This document shows positions 9,301 through 18,561 of a DNA stretch of 37,775 bases, one piece after another. How positions within the stretch are numbered: position 1 is the stretch's first letter; each line of letters starts with the position of its first letter. The notes under the pieces were generated by a model, which saw nothing but the letters and a program-made list of their open reading frames with translations, searched no databases and had not been told where the DNA came from. Source of the stretch: a virus (lineage: Duplodnaviria > Caudoviricetes); the IMG/VR virus record IMGVR_UViG_3300005527_000126, positions 1 through 37,775 of that record; one strand, written 5' to 3'. The translations under genes and the position numbers were made by a program.

Positions 9301-10746
9301 ATTTGCAACAGGCTCAATATTAGCAGTAGTACCTACTGCATTTTGAAATTCTACACTTGTAGCTAACTCATATACAGATGAATAATTCTTTGATAAGAAA
9401 AACGAAAAGTCAAGTTGAAGGTCATCTGTTGTCTCAGTAGGGAAAGGAGTTTGTCCGGAGAATTGTGCGTGGCCTATGGTAAGTGAAATACTTATTGCAG
9501 AACCTGCAACCAAATTCTGACCTGCTAAGTCAATAGTAAGCGTAGCATTAGGAATACTCACGCTTCCATTGATGGTATAATTGCCTGAACTTAGCCCGTC
9601 TGTTATACTCGTATTACCAATAGGAGTAGAAATTAATTCGGTAGTGTACTCAAACTTAACAGGAGCACCAAATATATCTATCAAATCATAACCCTCTACA
9701 TAATTGCCATACATTAAACGGTTGCCCATAATTGTCTGAGCCTTCGCATAACGAGGGACATTATCATATAACCTTAATAATTCAGCTTCTGATAATATTG
9801 TAAAAATCTTGCTGTTAGTAAAGGTATATTGATACTCTGTATTATCGGCAAGTCCTAAGTTTGACTTATCAAGTTTTTCAATAATCTTTATTATGTTCCC
9901 ATCAGCTTTCTTAAATAACAAGTCAACACCAACAACAAGCGGACCGCCTGAGTTATAAGTAATAATTGCTGAGTTGCAAAAATTGGTCATGCCTTCGTTC
10001 AAAAAACTATCAATGCTAAAGCTAAAAGGATTAGGCACGAAAGCAGGCTGAGACCATTGAGATGTTGCACTATATTCACCATCAGCATATTTGTACCTAT
10101 AAGCAAAACAAATAAATCGTGTATTCAAATAGTTCTCTTGTCCGTTTGTCACAAAAGGTTGAACTTGAGGCGATTGCACAGGTGGCTTCTTGATAACAAG
10201 TAAAGACTCTGCAGATATTTGGTCAATATTTAATATTGGATTTGGATAGTTCCTTTTTATATTAATACACCTCGGTGCATTATAATCATCGGTAAAAAAT
10301 AACAAGTCTTCCAATATGTCAACACCGGTGATGAGATAATTTGGGTTAAAATTTAAAATTGTATTCACGCCTCCTCCATCATCTATAGAAACAACAAGGT
10401 ATGTAAGGATGTTTGTAAACACATTATAAGAAACAATCAAATCAAGTTTGCCTGTATTACCTACAGGAAAATTATTATCGTGAACAAACCAATAAATGGT
10501 TTCTGTCGCACTGTCTTGTATGGCACCAATACATCTTGCTGTTGAACTAAGTGGCGTTCCATCAATATAAGCAAGAGATGTCAGTGGAATATTTCCTTTT
10601 GTATTCTCAATAACACCAATTTCAGAGTTCTCAGTAGAACCCATCCTAATATTCATAGCATCCACATACTCGCCTTCAGGAAGTAGTCTTTCATCAACTA
10701 CTTTATTCATTTTTCCCGCTATGAAATTCCTTGTAATTTTTGCCAT
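6307..10746 (-). CDS. Tail nozzle/stabilisation protein (P22 gp10/T7 gp12-like role), 1479 aa
   Basis: N-terminus FIAGKMNKVVDERLLPEGEYVDAMNIR, plus FFTDDYNAPRCINI, FAYRYKY.DGEYSA, GNRLMYGNYVEGYD, SLHSNRDYEIGIVYMD, NGAESYKIRD and YGISFNPES. It follows the ring/adaptor genes. Confidence 0.75.
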   Translation of the reverse strand: MAKITRNFIAGKMNKVVDERLLPEGEYVDAMNIRMGSTENSEIGVIENTKGNIPLTSLAYIDGTPLSSTARCIGAIQDSATETIYWFVHDNNFPVGNTGKLDLIVSYNVFTNILTYLVVSIDDGGGVNTILNFNPNYLITGVDILEDLLFFTDDYNAPRCINIKRNYPNPILNIDQISAESLLVIKKPPVQSPQVQPFVTNGQENYLNTRFICFAYRYKYADGEYSATSQWSQPAFVPNPFSFSIDSFLNEGMTNFCNSAIITYNSGGPLVVGVDLLFKKADGNIIKIIEKLDKSNLGLADNTEYQYTFTNSKIFTILSEAELLRLYDNVPRYAKAQTIMGNRLMYGNYVEGYDLIDIFGAPVKFEYTTELISTPIGNTSITDGLSSGNYTINGSVSIPNATLTIDLAGQNLVAGSAISISLTIGHAQFSGQTPFPTETTDDLQLDFSFFLSKNYSSVYELATSVEFQNAVGTTANIEPVANACNGITFTDSFNCAVPNNLDTLTKNGSGISAVNQPILIVTSPSSSIIGFQFPAMRYVDNLITPTQTVYEYYDVSFAEATFQEIANPQSLHSNRDYEIGIVYMDDFNRATTALVSPNNTEHIPCGFSSFKNSIQVTIPPTQLPPAWATRYKFVIKPDQENYETIYCSIFFQDPLTNNAYFLLEGENARKIEVGDRLIVKADSNGATTSCVYATVLEKSAQASNFIEIPSVLDPSVLIPIPAGVYMKINPNSFNIIQDELAIIAPGKITKTSPRGGPFPILYYPMNTVRTAGFDPLNPTWEFSDYNIPAGSRIVLSIKQSRGGVGNNCEERRNLLEKTLISSNSYDNMYDWFVGDNVQQILNDGIRYAGAGQCVPDNQFVSGITNTLGDIPTALCTNYYRFYRNTTTNELQLMVTGTLPCNGINYPLSRASNIEVNITVFRSDKTLIFETLPSDALPDVFFENEMSFAIVDGNHMGNIQDQDIPNGVPAIIDTKFFNCFAFGNGAESYKIRDSIVGNSFNLGNRVTSVSAQDYKEADRFADITYSGVYSAESNVNKLNEFNLGLLNYKVLEPSFGNIYVIDGRQTDVLVLQEDKISYVLADKNLISDSTGGGVIASVPQVLGTQIARTEKYGISFNPESYTQWGYDRYFTDIKRGAVLQLRGDSYTQDQLKVISDMNMRTWFRDTFNESFNTQKLGGFDPYMNEYVLSSNEVGLPYNPECLECGISQTFTLTTLEEEIKTIEYCVDLGPTIGIADIEYTVVSISEGGSFEIAIDYNGVTDSTGFINESGVITFDKDSITAETVSITINYTGDIVLNVLANCCQAQSLTVVQIVLTNDFDSGQTVHTQYRYVSGSYTSPLQSSLVTFASGTTSPLVSKYTAATSFVGSGGFPPAGSVVSLISNKFATDTFVFDPASDSFRYHVSDTLYNNNPLDINTLLGLATTATPNQGGGAYNFANFTVPGLQDYLYLIWDFRESVPVELCYSSESIIDVCCNCTEPL

Positions 10747-10747
10747 T

Positions 10748-11671
10748 TTATTTTATTTGCTTGTCCATACCTCTTAAATTCATCAACAGTCTTCCCGGAT
10801 GAATATTACTGATTCTGATTTTTGCATTTCTCAATAGCGCAGCTTTCTCTTTACGGGCACGAGCAACAATGTACTCTTGCACACCTAACTTTGAATTGAG
10901 TATTTCATATTGAATGTAAGCGTAGACATACTTTTCAAACAACTTATTTACTGTTATTCTTGAATTATCTCCACCCTCCATGCCATCTGAAACATACTCA
11001 AGAATACAAGACAGCCCGGACATTGATGAATCAAAATTAATCACTCCGCTTTTACGGTCAACGTTAAACGTAGGATTGAAGTTTGCCGTCTCTGTATTGA
11101 GGCCATAAGCTGCACCGATGTTTCCTTCAAAGTACCACATACCATCATAGTTCCAACCTAACTGACCATTGAATTGATTTCCTTGGTTAAGATAGATGCT
11201 CTTCTTGATGTGAGTCAAACGGTCATAATCAATTTCGGAATATTGAGGAGATAAAGCGTTCCCATTTTGGTCAAATAAAATTCGTCCTGTATTATCCTGT
11301 AAGTACGCTTTTGATGAAATTGTTTGAATGTTTTCAGACAAAGGACGAAGCCATCCGTCTTTATATAATGAAATACGTACCCAATTTACAAAATCAGATG
11401 GTAAGATATACCTAAGCATATCGGGCACCGTTAACTCCAATACTTTTATCTCTTTAAATGCATCGTAATTCAATTCCTGAATAGCACGTTTTGCATGGAA
11501 TAATATCTTATATCGCTCTTCATTGTTTACTAAGGAATGGTTTCCCGAGTACATTAACAAAAAATTATTTACAATGTCTTGAAGACTTATATATTGATAA
11601 GAGCCCCAATTGCTATCCTCAGGAGTAACACCCCCGTTCTCGTAATATTGATATTGTGAAATATATGCCAT
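10748..11671 (-). CDS. Tail ring/adaptor-like structural protein (307 aa)
   Basis: Motifs YQYISLQDIVNNF, FHAKRAIQELNYD, LPSDFVNWVRIS and ILEYVSDG; position between capsid genes and nozzle. Confidence 0.6.
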   Translation of the reverse strand: MAYISQYQYYENGGVTPEDSNWGSYQYISLQDIVNNFLLMYSGNHSLVNNEERYKILFHAKRAIQELNYDAFKEIKVLELTVPDMLRYILPSDFVNWVRISLYKDGWLRPLSENIQTISSKAYLQDNTGRILFDQNGNALSPQYSEIDYDRLTHIKKSIYLNQGNQFNGQLGWNYDGMWYFEGNIGAAYGLNTETANFNPTFNVDRKSGVINFDSSMSGLSCILEYVSDGMEGGDNSRITVNKLFEKYVYAYIQYEILNSKLGVQEYIVARARKEKAALLRNAKIRISNIHPGRLLMNLRGMDKQIK

Positions 11672-11681
11672 GGTTTATTTT

Positions 11682-12620
11682 TTATGGATTTTGTTCTTGC
11701 TGTTGTTTTGCAAAACCAAATTGAGCAACCTCTGATTCTCTTATAGATATACCACAATACTGAAGAATCCTTGTTACTAACTTATATTCATCTTCAGTAG
11801 GCAACTCAAAGTCTTGATAGTCTAACTGTGATTGGTCAAACACCGGCTCCCCATTTGATAATGTAATATATGTCCATTTTGGATTTTTCGGAAACCGAAA
11901 ATAAGTAGCCTCTACCTGACCTTTATTTGCTATAGTTAAAGGGTAAAACGCAATGGTCTCACCTTGAAGAACATAGGCGGGATATTCGTTTGTCGGTGGC
12001 GTTAAATTTGAATTATTCAATAAGAGTATCTTAGAATTAAGAACTTTTTCAGCCTGCACCTTTGTTGAAGCAGAAAAGATTCCATAACTATTTCCTGAAG
12101 CTAAGAATATATTTGAATCTAAAATTATTGTAGTATTATTTAATACAGATTGTACGGTTGATATTAGTCCTGTAGTAATATTAGTAACAATATCACCGGG
12201 CAAAATACCATCTGTTGTGAAAGTTGCTGTACTATCAACCAATCTACCACTTATAACAGATGTATTCGTACCTATTTTTAGTGTAATAGGATAGCACTTC
12301 AGGTCTAATAACATATAAGACAGATAACCTGTAGTAGTTAACGATGGAGCAGAGAAAATATTGCCTTGAACTTTTGACAAATAGTCTGTTCTTAAAAAGC
12401 CTTCCATTGCCTCAGCAATCGGCTTGCTCCTGTCGGCATAATCGGTGCCTGCCATACGAGCGTTCTCAGCATTTATTACTTGATTGTAAGCGTCAAAATA
12501 CTCTTCGTAAATTTCCATCTGAGCATTCTGAGCATACAGATTAAAGTCAGAAGGAGAGATATATCCGTAGTTGTTTTTGTTCAACACGGACAAGACCATG
12601 TTTCTTACAGAATTTATCAT
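11682..12620 (-). CDS. Tail ring/head-tail adaptor-like protein (312 aa; start MINSVRN at 12620)
   Basis: The 5' extension in the ORF track overlaps a terminator and a promoter, so the ATG at 12620 with its A-rich leader is preferred. Motifs VLNKNNYGYISPSDFN, YFRFPKNPKW and DFELP..E..LV..IL.Y.GISIRE. Confidence 0.65.
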   Translation of the reverse strand: MINSVRNMVLSVLNKNNYGYISPSDFNLYAQNAQMEIYEEYFDAYNQVINAENARMAGTDYADRSKPIAEAMEGFLRTDYLSKVQGNIFSAPSLTTTGYLSYMLLDLKCYPITLKIGTNTSVISGRLVDSTATFTTDGILPGDIVTNITTGLISTVQSVLNNTTIILDSNIFLASGNSYGIFSASTKVQAEKVLNSKILLLNNSNLTPPTNEYPAYVLQGETIAFYPLTIANKGQVEATYFRFPKNPKWTYITLSNGEPVFDQSQLDYQDFELPTEDEYKLVTRILQYCGISIRESEVAQFGFAKQQQEQNP

Positions 12621-12635
12621 TTTTATATTTTCAAA

Positions 12636-12643
12636 CAAATATA
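12636..12643 (-). promoter_or_regulatory. Bacteroidota-type -7 promoter box TATATTTG
   Basis: TAnnTTTG directly downstream of a terminator and 15 nt upstream of the ATG at 12620. Confidence 0.6.
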
Positions 12644-12646
12644 CAT

Positions 12647-12676
12647 AAAAAAAAGGGGCACAATATGTACCCCCCT
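12647..12676 (-). terminator. Rho-independent terminator
   Basis: Minus strand reads GGGGTACA-TAT-TGTGCCCC followed by T8, just after the stop at 12703. Confidence 0.8.
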
Positions 12677-12702
12677 CGATTGCTGCTATATTGATTATGA
12701 CC

Positions 12703-13455
12703 TTACGACATAGCCGCTTCCAACATTTTAAGAGAGTCAATGCCCTCATCACTCTGTAGGAAGTGAGCCGTCATTTGATATGGGTCTTCTCCGTATGGGA
12801 CTGACAGCATTTTCTTTTTATTTGAAGAGGTATTATACCAAACCTCTTTATCATTATTTCTTAAAATTAGTAATTTATTTTCAAAGAACAAATGAACCTT
12901 GGCCTGAAATTTTAATTCAGGGTCATTAAGAATATTTAAAAACTCTTCCGGCTCATTCTTGGCAAATACCAAAATATCCCGTCTTAGTTCTGCAGTTGTC
13001 ACTGTTGATGGGTCTTTACCAAATAACACACGTGTAAGGGTCTCTATTTGGTCTACAGCTAAATCTTTAGCTTCTACCATAGCTTTAATCTGAAGGTCCA
13101 AATCGCTCACTTCAGCTGCCGCATCCTTCTCCTTATCTACCTCTGAAAATACAATTCCATTTAGAGGATGGTAATGAAGGAACTCCTGTAATACCGGATT
13201 GTTCTTTGGGACTCTTAAAAATCCGTCTTCAAATATAATCGGCTCAATAATCGCATTCCCGTCCTGTTGGTCTTCAAATGGAGACTTCTGATTGATTGCA
13301 TATCTTAATGCACGATTAACGTTATTCTTTTCATCATACCACATTAATGGGTATCTTGGATGATTCCTTGAAGCTAATGTGTACGATAGAGGGTTGCCTG
13401 TTTTAAGTTTATAAACTTTATCTGTAGGCACTAATTTTTTTTCACTTATTGACAT
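12703..13455 (-). CDS. Conserved post-capsid hypothetical protein (250 aa; start MSISEKK at 13455)
   Basis: The ORF-track start at 13512 is at the edge of the capsid terminator and that 5' extension runs through it. The ATG at 13455 has an AAATCAAATCAAATTCAATAAA leader. Motifs RALRYAINQKSPFEDQQ and IIFEDGFL.V. Confidence 0.65.
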   Translation of the reverse strand: MSISEKKLVPTDKVYKLKTGNPLSYTLASRNHPRYPLMWYDEKNNVNRALRYAINQKSPFEDQQDGNAIIEPIIFEDGFLRVPKNNPVLQEFLHYHPLNGIVFSEVDKEKDAAAEVSDLDLQIKAMVEAKDLAVDQIETLTRVLFGKDPSTVTTAELRRDILVFAKNEPEEFLNILNDPELKFQAKVHLFFENKLLILRNNDKEVWYNTSSNKKKMLSVPYGEDPYQMTAHFLQSDEGIDSLKMLEAAMS

Positions 13456-13477
13456 TTTATTGAATTTGATTTGATTT

Positions 13478-13510
13478 AAAAAAAGGAGAGTGTCTTTGAA
13501 GACACCCTCC
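13478..13510 (-). terminator. Rho-independent terminator after the major capsid gene
   Basis: Minus strand reads GGAGGGTGTCTT-CA-AAGACACTCTCC followed by T7. Confidence 0.85.
13490..13505. repeat. 16-bp palindromic motif, copy 1 (GTGTCTTTGAAGACAC)
   Basis: Identical to 32919-32934 and to the reverse complement of 37735-37750; 15/16 match to 20583-20598. Confidence 0.85.
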
Positions 13511-13528
13511 ATTGGGCTAACTTATCTA

Positions 13529-14947
13529 CTATCCATAACGGAACAATACAAAGTTGTTTGCACCTAAGGTACATACACAACGCTCAGACAAGAAGTTTAC
13601 CTCCATTGCATCCAAGTCAGAGTTGTTTGCACCTCCGGCAGAACCTGTAATCCAAGTCTTATAACGTCTGTCTTCTGCTTCAGAAGCACGATAGCGAACG
13701 TGCAAGAAAGGACGCTTGGCGTTCTTGCCAAGGATTTGGTCGTATACTGAGGTAGAACCTGCAGGAACTAACAAACCGGTAATAGTACCTGTTGCAGTTG
13801 CAATTGTAGTATTAAGACCACCACGCATTGTTGGGTCGTTCAGATATTTCCAATCAGACTTATAAAAGTCATAACCTCTGCGGAAACCTGTGAAACCTAA
13901 GTTTAACGCCATGTCAACATCATTGTCAAACAGACCATAAGATGCAGCGCCTGCAGCGTTAGCACCATTGTATCCGTTCAAAGTAGCCAACATATTGTCG
14001 ATGTCAAAACTCAAACCACGGTTTACAAATACAACGTTTTCTTCGATAGCACCTTGCTTATCCAAACGAGAAACGATAGAATCCCAATCAGACAAACTTG
14101 TTGGAGTACCACCGCCCCAAACGTTGCCTCTGTTATTTACTACGTAGAATACCCCTTCAGAACCCATCATACCTGCAGTTTTAGCACCTGAACCTACAGC
14201 AGCAGGAACAGCTTCAATCATTGCAGTTTCAAGATAATCTTCAAAGCGAAGACGAGTTTCGTGCTCTGATTTTAAATACCAAAGATACCCGGTAGCACCG
14301 TTTTCTGTGGTTACTTCAACCCAACCAATTTGAGCCATGTCAGAACCGTTAACCGCATATTTATCTTTAATGATAATAGGGTTATTTGAGAAAATGTCAT
14401 CTTCAGCTTCCAAAGAGCCAATCATTCCGTTAGTTCCTTTTTTAAACTCAGAACCGTAAATGAATACAGTACATTGAGTAGAAACTGCAAAAGCCTGACC
14501 ACCTGCTTCGTAGAAAGCTACAGTAAAGGTTGTTGCTGAAGGAACTGCTGTTACGATACCTTTGTTGAACACACCTGAAGTGTTGTTCTGAATCATAACA
14601 GTTTGGCCAACACGGATTGCAATGTAAGTCACACCTGAATCAGCTACAGTAAATGTCGCTGTTGCGGCACCTGCTGCTGCGGCTGATGTACAGTTTGTGT
14701 ATTTAATATGCAAGCGGCCTTGCTCTGCCCATTTGATTTGGTCAGAATTAGAAGGCATCTCTGCTCCTACCATACGTAAAAAAGATGCAATTGTGCGATT
14801 ACCATAACGCTCAAATTCTTTCTCATAAGTATCAGGGAGATACTGATTCAAGAAGTTGAAGTTAGTAATGTAGTTTGTTTGTAACGCCACCTGTTCTGCA
14901 GAAGGCTGCAGCGCAAAAGTGGGGTTGCTTAAAAGTGTACCTGCCAT
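13529..14947 (-). CDS. Major capsid protein (472 aa)
   Basis: Follows portal and scaffold and is followed by a strong terminator. Motifs QYLPDTYEKEFERYGNRTIASFLRMVGAEMP, WAEQGRLH, GYLWYLKSEHETRLRFEDYLE, GFTGFRRGYDFYK and FLSERCVCTLGANNF. Confidence 0.85.
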   Translation of the reverse strand: MAGTLLSNPTFALQPSAEQVALQTNYITNFNFLNQYLPDTYEKEFERYGNRTIASFLRMVGAEMPSNSDQIKWAEQGRLHIKYTNCTSAAAAGAATATFTVADSGVTYIAIRVGQTVMIQNNTSGVFNKGIVTAVPSATTFTVAFYEAGGQAFAVSTQCTVFIYGSEFKKGTNGMIGSLEAEDDIFSNNPIIIKDKYAVNGSDMAQIGWVEVTTENGATGYLWYLKSEHETRLRFEDYLETAMIEAVPAAVGSGAKTAGMMGSEGVFYVVNNRGNVWGGGTPTSLSDWDSIVSRLDKQGAIEENVVFVNRGLSFDIDNMLATLNGYNGANAAGAASYGLFDNDVDMALNLGFTGFRRGYDFYKSDWKYLNDPTMRGGLNTTIATATGTITGLLVPAGSTSVYDQILGKNAKRPFLHVRYRASEAEDRRYKTWITGSAGGANNSDLDAMEVNFLSERCVCTLGANNFVLFRYG

Positions 14948-14966
14948 TTTTTTAATTTTTTAAATG

Positions 14967-16079
14967 TTATTGTTTTTTTATACTGCGGATTTTCAGTTTT
15001 CTTCCCGAATCAGGGTTTACCGCCTTCACCTGCATTCCTCCTGATACTTTTCCAACTTCAGGAACGCTTTGCTGAGACATATTAATGTTTTTAATCTTAC
15101 GAGTAACATCATCAGTAGCATCAGCCTTTCCTTGTTCATAAAAGAACTTTGCAAACTTCTCAGGATTCATTGCTATAGACAAAGACCTATGGTATCCTGC
15201 CGCATCCTTAATCAAACCTTTTTCATCCAAAAACTTATTAATAAAGTTCTGTGGTGTTGATTGAAGTTTTTTTAATTCATTGGCATCACCCGGAGAAAAC
15301 ACAATTTTCTTGTCATTAACATTAAACTCAAAACCTTTGAACTCATTGCTAAAAACTTCATCTGTCTTTTGGTCAAACCATTGACGCTTGCGTTTTGCCT
15401 CCTCTTCCAAAGTCTTCGCCTTATTGATGTACTCTTTGTAGCTTTCATACTCTGCCTTCTCTTCATCGGGAATAGATGCCATTCTTGACTCAAGGGGCAC
15501 CTTGTATTTCTCTTTATGAGAATTGAAGTATTTCTTTGCTTCAGCGAGTACCTTCTTTTTTGCGATTTTAGCTTTCTTAATAGAAGAATCATCATCTAAC
15601 TGTTCGTCATAATGATATTCTTCCATCAAGGAATTGATGTCTTCTTCATCAAGTCCTTCTTGAGTAGCGGTCAAATATTCCTTAAGAAGTTGGTCCGGAT
15701 TCATTGATTCGTAATCCTTATTCAACTTTAAGAAGTCTTCAAAACCTCTACCTGTTTCTTGCTTGTATTTTAAAAAAGCAGACACATCTTCAGGTAACTT
15801 TTCAGTTTGCTCTCTTTCAGCAACAAGTTCCTCTAAAGAATTTATCTGTTTATTATACCTCTTACCAATATATGAAAGAACATCTTCTTCTTTTAACTCA
15901 ACATCATTATTACTTATTTCAGACAAGCTATTTGCATCTGAATTTTCATTACCTGTTGATTCGTTAGAATCATCGTTGTTTGTGGTTAAAGATTTCTCAT
16001 GCTCATCAAGCAATTGTTTCTCTACCTCTTGAACACTTTTTGGCTCGATAATATCTAACGCTCTTACTTTAAACTCCAT
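14967..16079 (-). CDS. Capsid scaffolding protein (370 aa)
   Basis: Highly acidic and helical with a basic C-terminal tip (GRKLKIRSIKKQ), located between portal and capsid genes. Confidence 0.7.
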   Translation of the reverse strand: MEFKVRALDIIEPKSVQEVEKQLLDEHEKSLTTNNDDSNESTGNENSDANSLSEISNNDVELKEEDVLSYIGKRYNKQINSLEELVAEREQTEKLPEDVSAFLKYKQETGRGFEDFLKLNKDYESMNPDQLLKEYLTATQEGLDEEDINSLMEEYHYDEQLDDDSSIKKAKIAKKKVLAEAKKYFNSHKEKYKVPLESRMASIPDEEKAEYESYKEYINKAKTLEEEAKRKRQWFDQKTDEVFSNEFKGFEFNVNDKKIVFSPGDANELKKLQSTPQNFINKFLDEKGLIKDAAGYHRSLSIAMNPEKFAKFFYEQGKADATDDVTRKIKNINMSQQSVPEVGKVSGGMQVKAVNPDSGRKLKIRSIKKQ

Positions 16080-16099
16080 TTGATTAAATTTAATTTGTA

Positions 16100-16107
16100 C
16101 AAAAATA
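16100..16107 (-). promoter_or_regulatory. Bacteroidota-type -7 promoter box TATTTTTG
   Basis: TAnnTTTG(TAC) in the portal-scaffold gap, ahead of the scaffold-capsid unit. Confidence 0.6.
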
Positions 16108-16125
16108 GATTAAAATTCTGACATT

Positions 16126-18561
16126 TTATCGTGGTTCAAATTCAGCCAAATCAAAACCATCTAAACTGTCCTCGTTTGATTCAAAACTTAAAGGAGGCAA
16201 ATTGTTTTTACGTTGGTTTATCAGTTTTGATTGCTCTGAGTTCTGCTGACTGATACGCTTAGATTTAGCTTCCTCTTTCATCTCCTCTCTCTTATTCAAA
16301 TCTTCGACCTCCATGCTACGAAGCTGAAGATTATAATCAAACTCTTCTCTCATCAGTAAAGACTTCAATGACGCATCGTTCTTATTCTTCTCTATTTCAA
16401 AAGCAATTTCAGCCTGCTTAATCTTAATTTTCGACTGAGTCTCCATCTCAATCTTTTGCATAGCTGCCTGTGCAGCAAACTGCTGAGATTGTAACTGTTG
16501 CTGTGCCTGAACAGCTTGCTTCTGCATAGCCATCTTCTCTTCTCTTTCCTGAGTCTTAATACGTTTCATTTTGAGAAGTTGATTGGCCAACTTTATATTT
16601 CGTATTTCACGAATATCAATAGCATCTTCAAGATTAATATCTCCTTTTGACAATGCCATTTGAATGTTTGCTTCAAGCTGCGACTTTTGCTCTTCATCAG
16701 GAGAGATTTCAATAAAAATACCAAAGTCATAAATATAAAGGTCTTTAATATCATTAAGAATAGACACGTTATACTTTCCAATTTGATTGGTAAATTCATC
16801 AGCAAAATCAGAATATTCCAATATGTCTGCAATACGATAGGTTAATGCTTCTGATAATGAACGATATAAATACAATGAAGCATCAAGGATGTGCCTTGTT
16901 GCTGTATTTGAATTTAATGCAGCCAATTTCTGTAGACCAACTAATGCATTAGGGTCAGGAGTAGAACCATCTCTTGCTTCATTTAGCCCTGTCACAGACC
17001 TAATCATATCAATATAATGATTCATGTTTGTGATAAGCATTTGTGTTTTGGATGCACCTGAATTAGATGTAAGCTGAGTAATTGGGACTCTTGCATTATT
17101 AAAGTCTCCATCTTGAGTAAAACTTCTTCCTATTACACTACCTGTTTGGAAATATAGTCTTAATGCATCCTCAGGATTGTATGCATTACCGTTGCCAAGG
17201 TCAACCTCATTTAAACCATCGGCATCAATGAACACACCATCAGGAACAGTCCGGGCAATAACCTGCTGTAACTTTAAATGCGTAATTTGAATTAGGTCAG
17301 CAAATGGGACCATTCTACGACAAAGAGATTCAATAACGCCTTTATACATACGAGGAGCACAAGCCACATAATTAGGCAATGCGTGTTGAGATGCTGACTT
17401 TGGACGTACCATATTCTCAGACAATTTCCACTGTATAAGCATATTGGTTCCCATTACCATAATCCCTTCATACCATACATCAATCGTTCTCTCAATCTTT
17501 TCAAAGTTACCCTCTTCCATCATCTCTACAGGAGGATTAAAAGTGTCGTCTTTTTCAATAACACGAGAACCGCCACTTTCAAGTTTCTTCTTTTTATAGA
17601 CAATCTTTTTTGTTGTCTTATAATTAAAGTACAAAAGGGTACAAGTATCACGATAGAACATACTATTCTCATAGAATTGTGCTACGTTGTAATAATCATA
17701 CCAAGCCTGACTATATTGAGTTATTTCTTGTAAATCTTCTTTGGTTAAAGATTGGTCAATTTTCATCAATTCTGTAAGAGGAACTGTTTTAATTTCTCCC
17801 CAATAAAAACAATCTTTAAAAAATGGGTCTTCCGTGTAACTATATACCACATTTGCCGGGTCTACGTAAGATATTTTAACACCGGTACCCTGAAGAAACT
17901 CGTGCTTTGCAATGCCAATACCGATTACCGTAATGTCGTAATCCAATCGTTTGCGAATATCATCATAATGATTTTCGTCAAAGATGGTATTAATTGCTTC
18001 TTCTTCGGCAATCTCAATAGCCGGTTTGTAATTAAGCTGCATAAAAAGAGATAACTCTTCGTCAGTTTGAGGCAGCTTTTCAGAGTCCATCATAAATGGA
18101 TTAACTCCTGTTTCTTCCTGTATAATACTCAGAACAGGAGCGCCAACCATTTGGGCTTCTACCATATCCTGATATTTACTTCTTTTTGATTGAGACATGG
18201 CATCCTGAGAATAAGCCTTAACTTTAAAAAGCCTTCCGGACATTCCATTAACAACTATATCAATAAACTTTGGCAAAATTGGAACCGGTGTCCAATCTAA
18301 ATTAAGATAAGATAAGTCACCATCAATTGCTAATTCATTTTTGTATTTTGCAATAGGCTGTTCACCTCTTGCATATAAACGAAGTCTTCTAAAATCCTGC
18401 CATTGACTATAGTATCTACATGAACTTCCGTCTTTACGGAACCACTCATATTGAATAGCTTGACCAACCTGAAGGCCAAATGAATCAGATTCTTTTTCTG
18501 CATCAGTCGCCAATTGACTTGGAAAAGAAGTAGCGTTTATTTGTATTTTTATATCTTTCAT
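16126..18561 (-). CDS. Portal protein (811 aa)
   Basis: Directly follows terL with an ATGA overlap. Motif LSYLNLDWTPVPILPKFIDIVVNGM and a long Gln-rich C-terminal coiled coil like the P22-type portal barrel. Confidence 0.85.
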   Translation of the reverse strand: MKDIKIQINATSFPSQLATDAEKESDSFGLQVGQAIQYEWFRKDGSSCRYYSQWQDFRRLRLYARGEQPIAKYKNELAIDGDLSYLNLDWTPVPILPKFIDIVVNGMSGRLFKVKAYSQDAMSQSKRSKYQDMVEAQMVGAPVLSIIQEETGVNPFMMDSEKLPQTDEELSLFMQLNYKPAIEIAEEEAINTIFDENHYDDIRKRLDYDITVIGIGIAKHEFLQGTGVKISYVDPANVVYSYTEDPFFKDCFYWGEIKTVPLTELMKIDQSLTKEDLQEITQYSQAWYDYYNVAQFYENSMFYRDTCTLLYFNYKTTKKIVYKKKKLESGGSRVIEKDDTFNPPVEMMEEGNFEKIERTIDVWYEGIMVMGTNMLIQWKLSENMVRPKSASQHALPNYVACAPRMYKGVIESLCRRMVPFADLIQITHLKLQQVIARTVPDGVFIDADGLNEVDLGNGNAYNPEDALRLYFQTGSVIGRSFTQDGDFNNARVPITQLTSNSGASKTQMLITNMNHYIDMIRSVTGLNEARDGSTPDPNALVGLQKLAALNSNTATRHILDASLYLYRSLSEALTYRIADILEYSDFADEFTNQIGKYNVSILNDIKDLYIYDFGIFIEISPDEEQKSQLEANIQMALSKGDINLEDAIDIREIRNIKLANQLLKMKRIKTQEREEKMAMQKQAVQAQQQLQSQQFAAQAAMQKIEMETQSKIKIKQAEIAFEIEKNKNDASLKSLLMREEFDYNLQLRSMEVEDLNKREEMKEEAKSKRISQQNSEQSKLINQRKNNLPPLSFESNEDSLDGFDLAEFEPR

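Noticed and set aside
11575-11590. Further copy of the 16-bp palindrome (TGTCTTGAAGACT)
   Set aside because: The spacer is one base shorter and the outer arms do not match, so it is compatible with chance.
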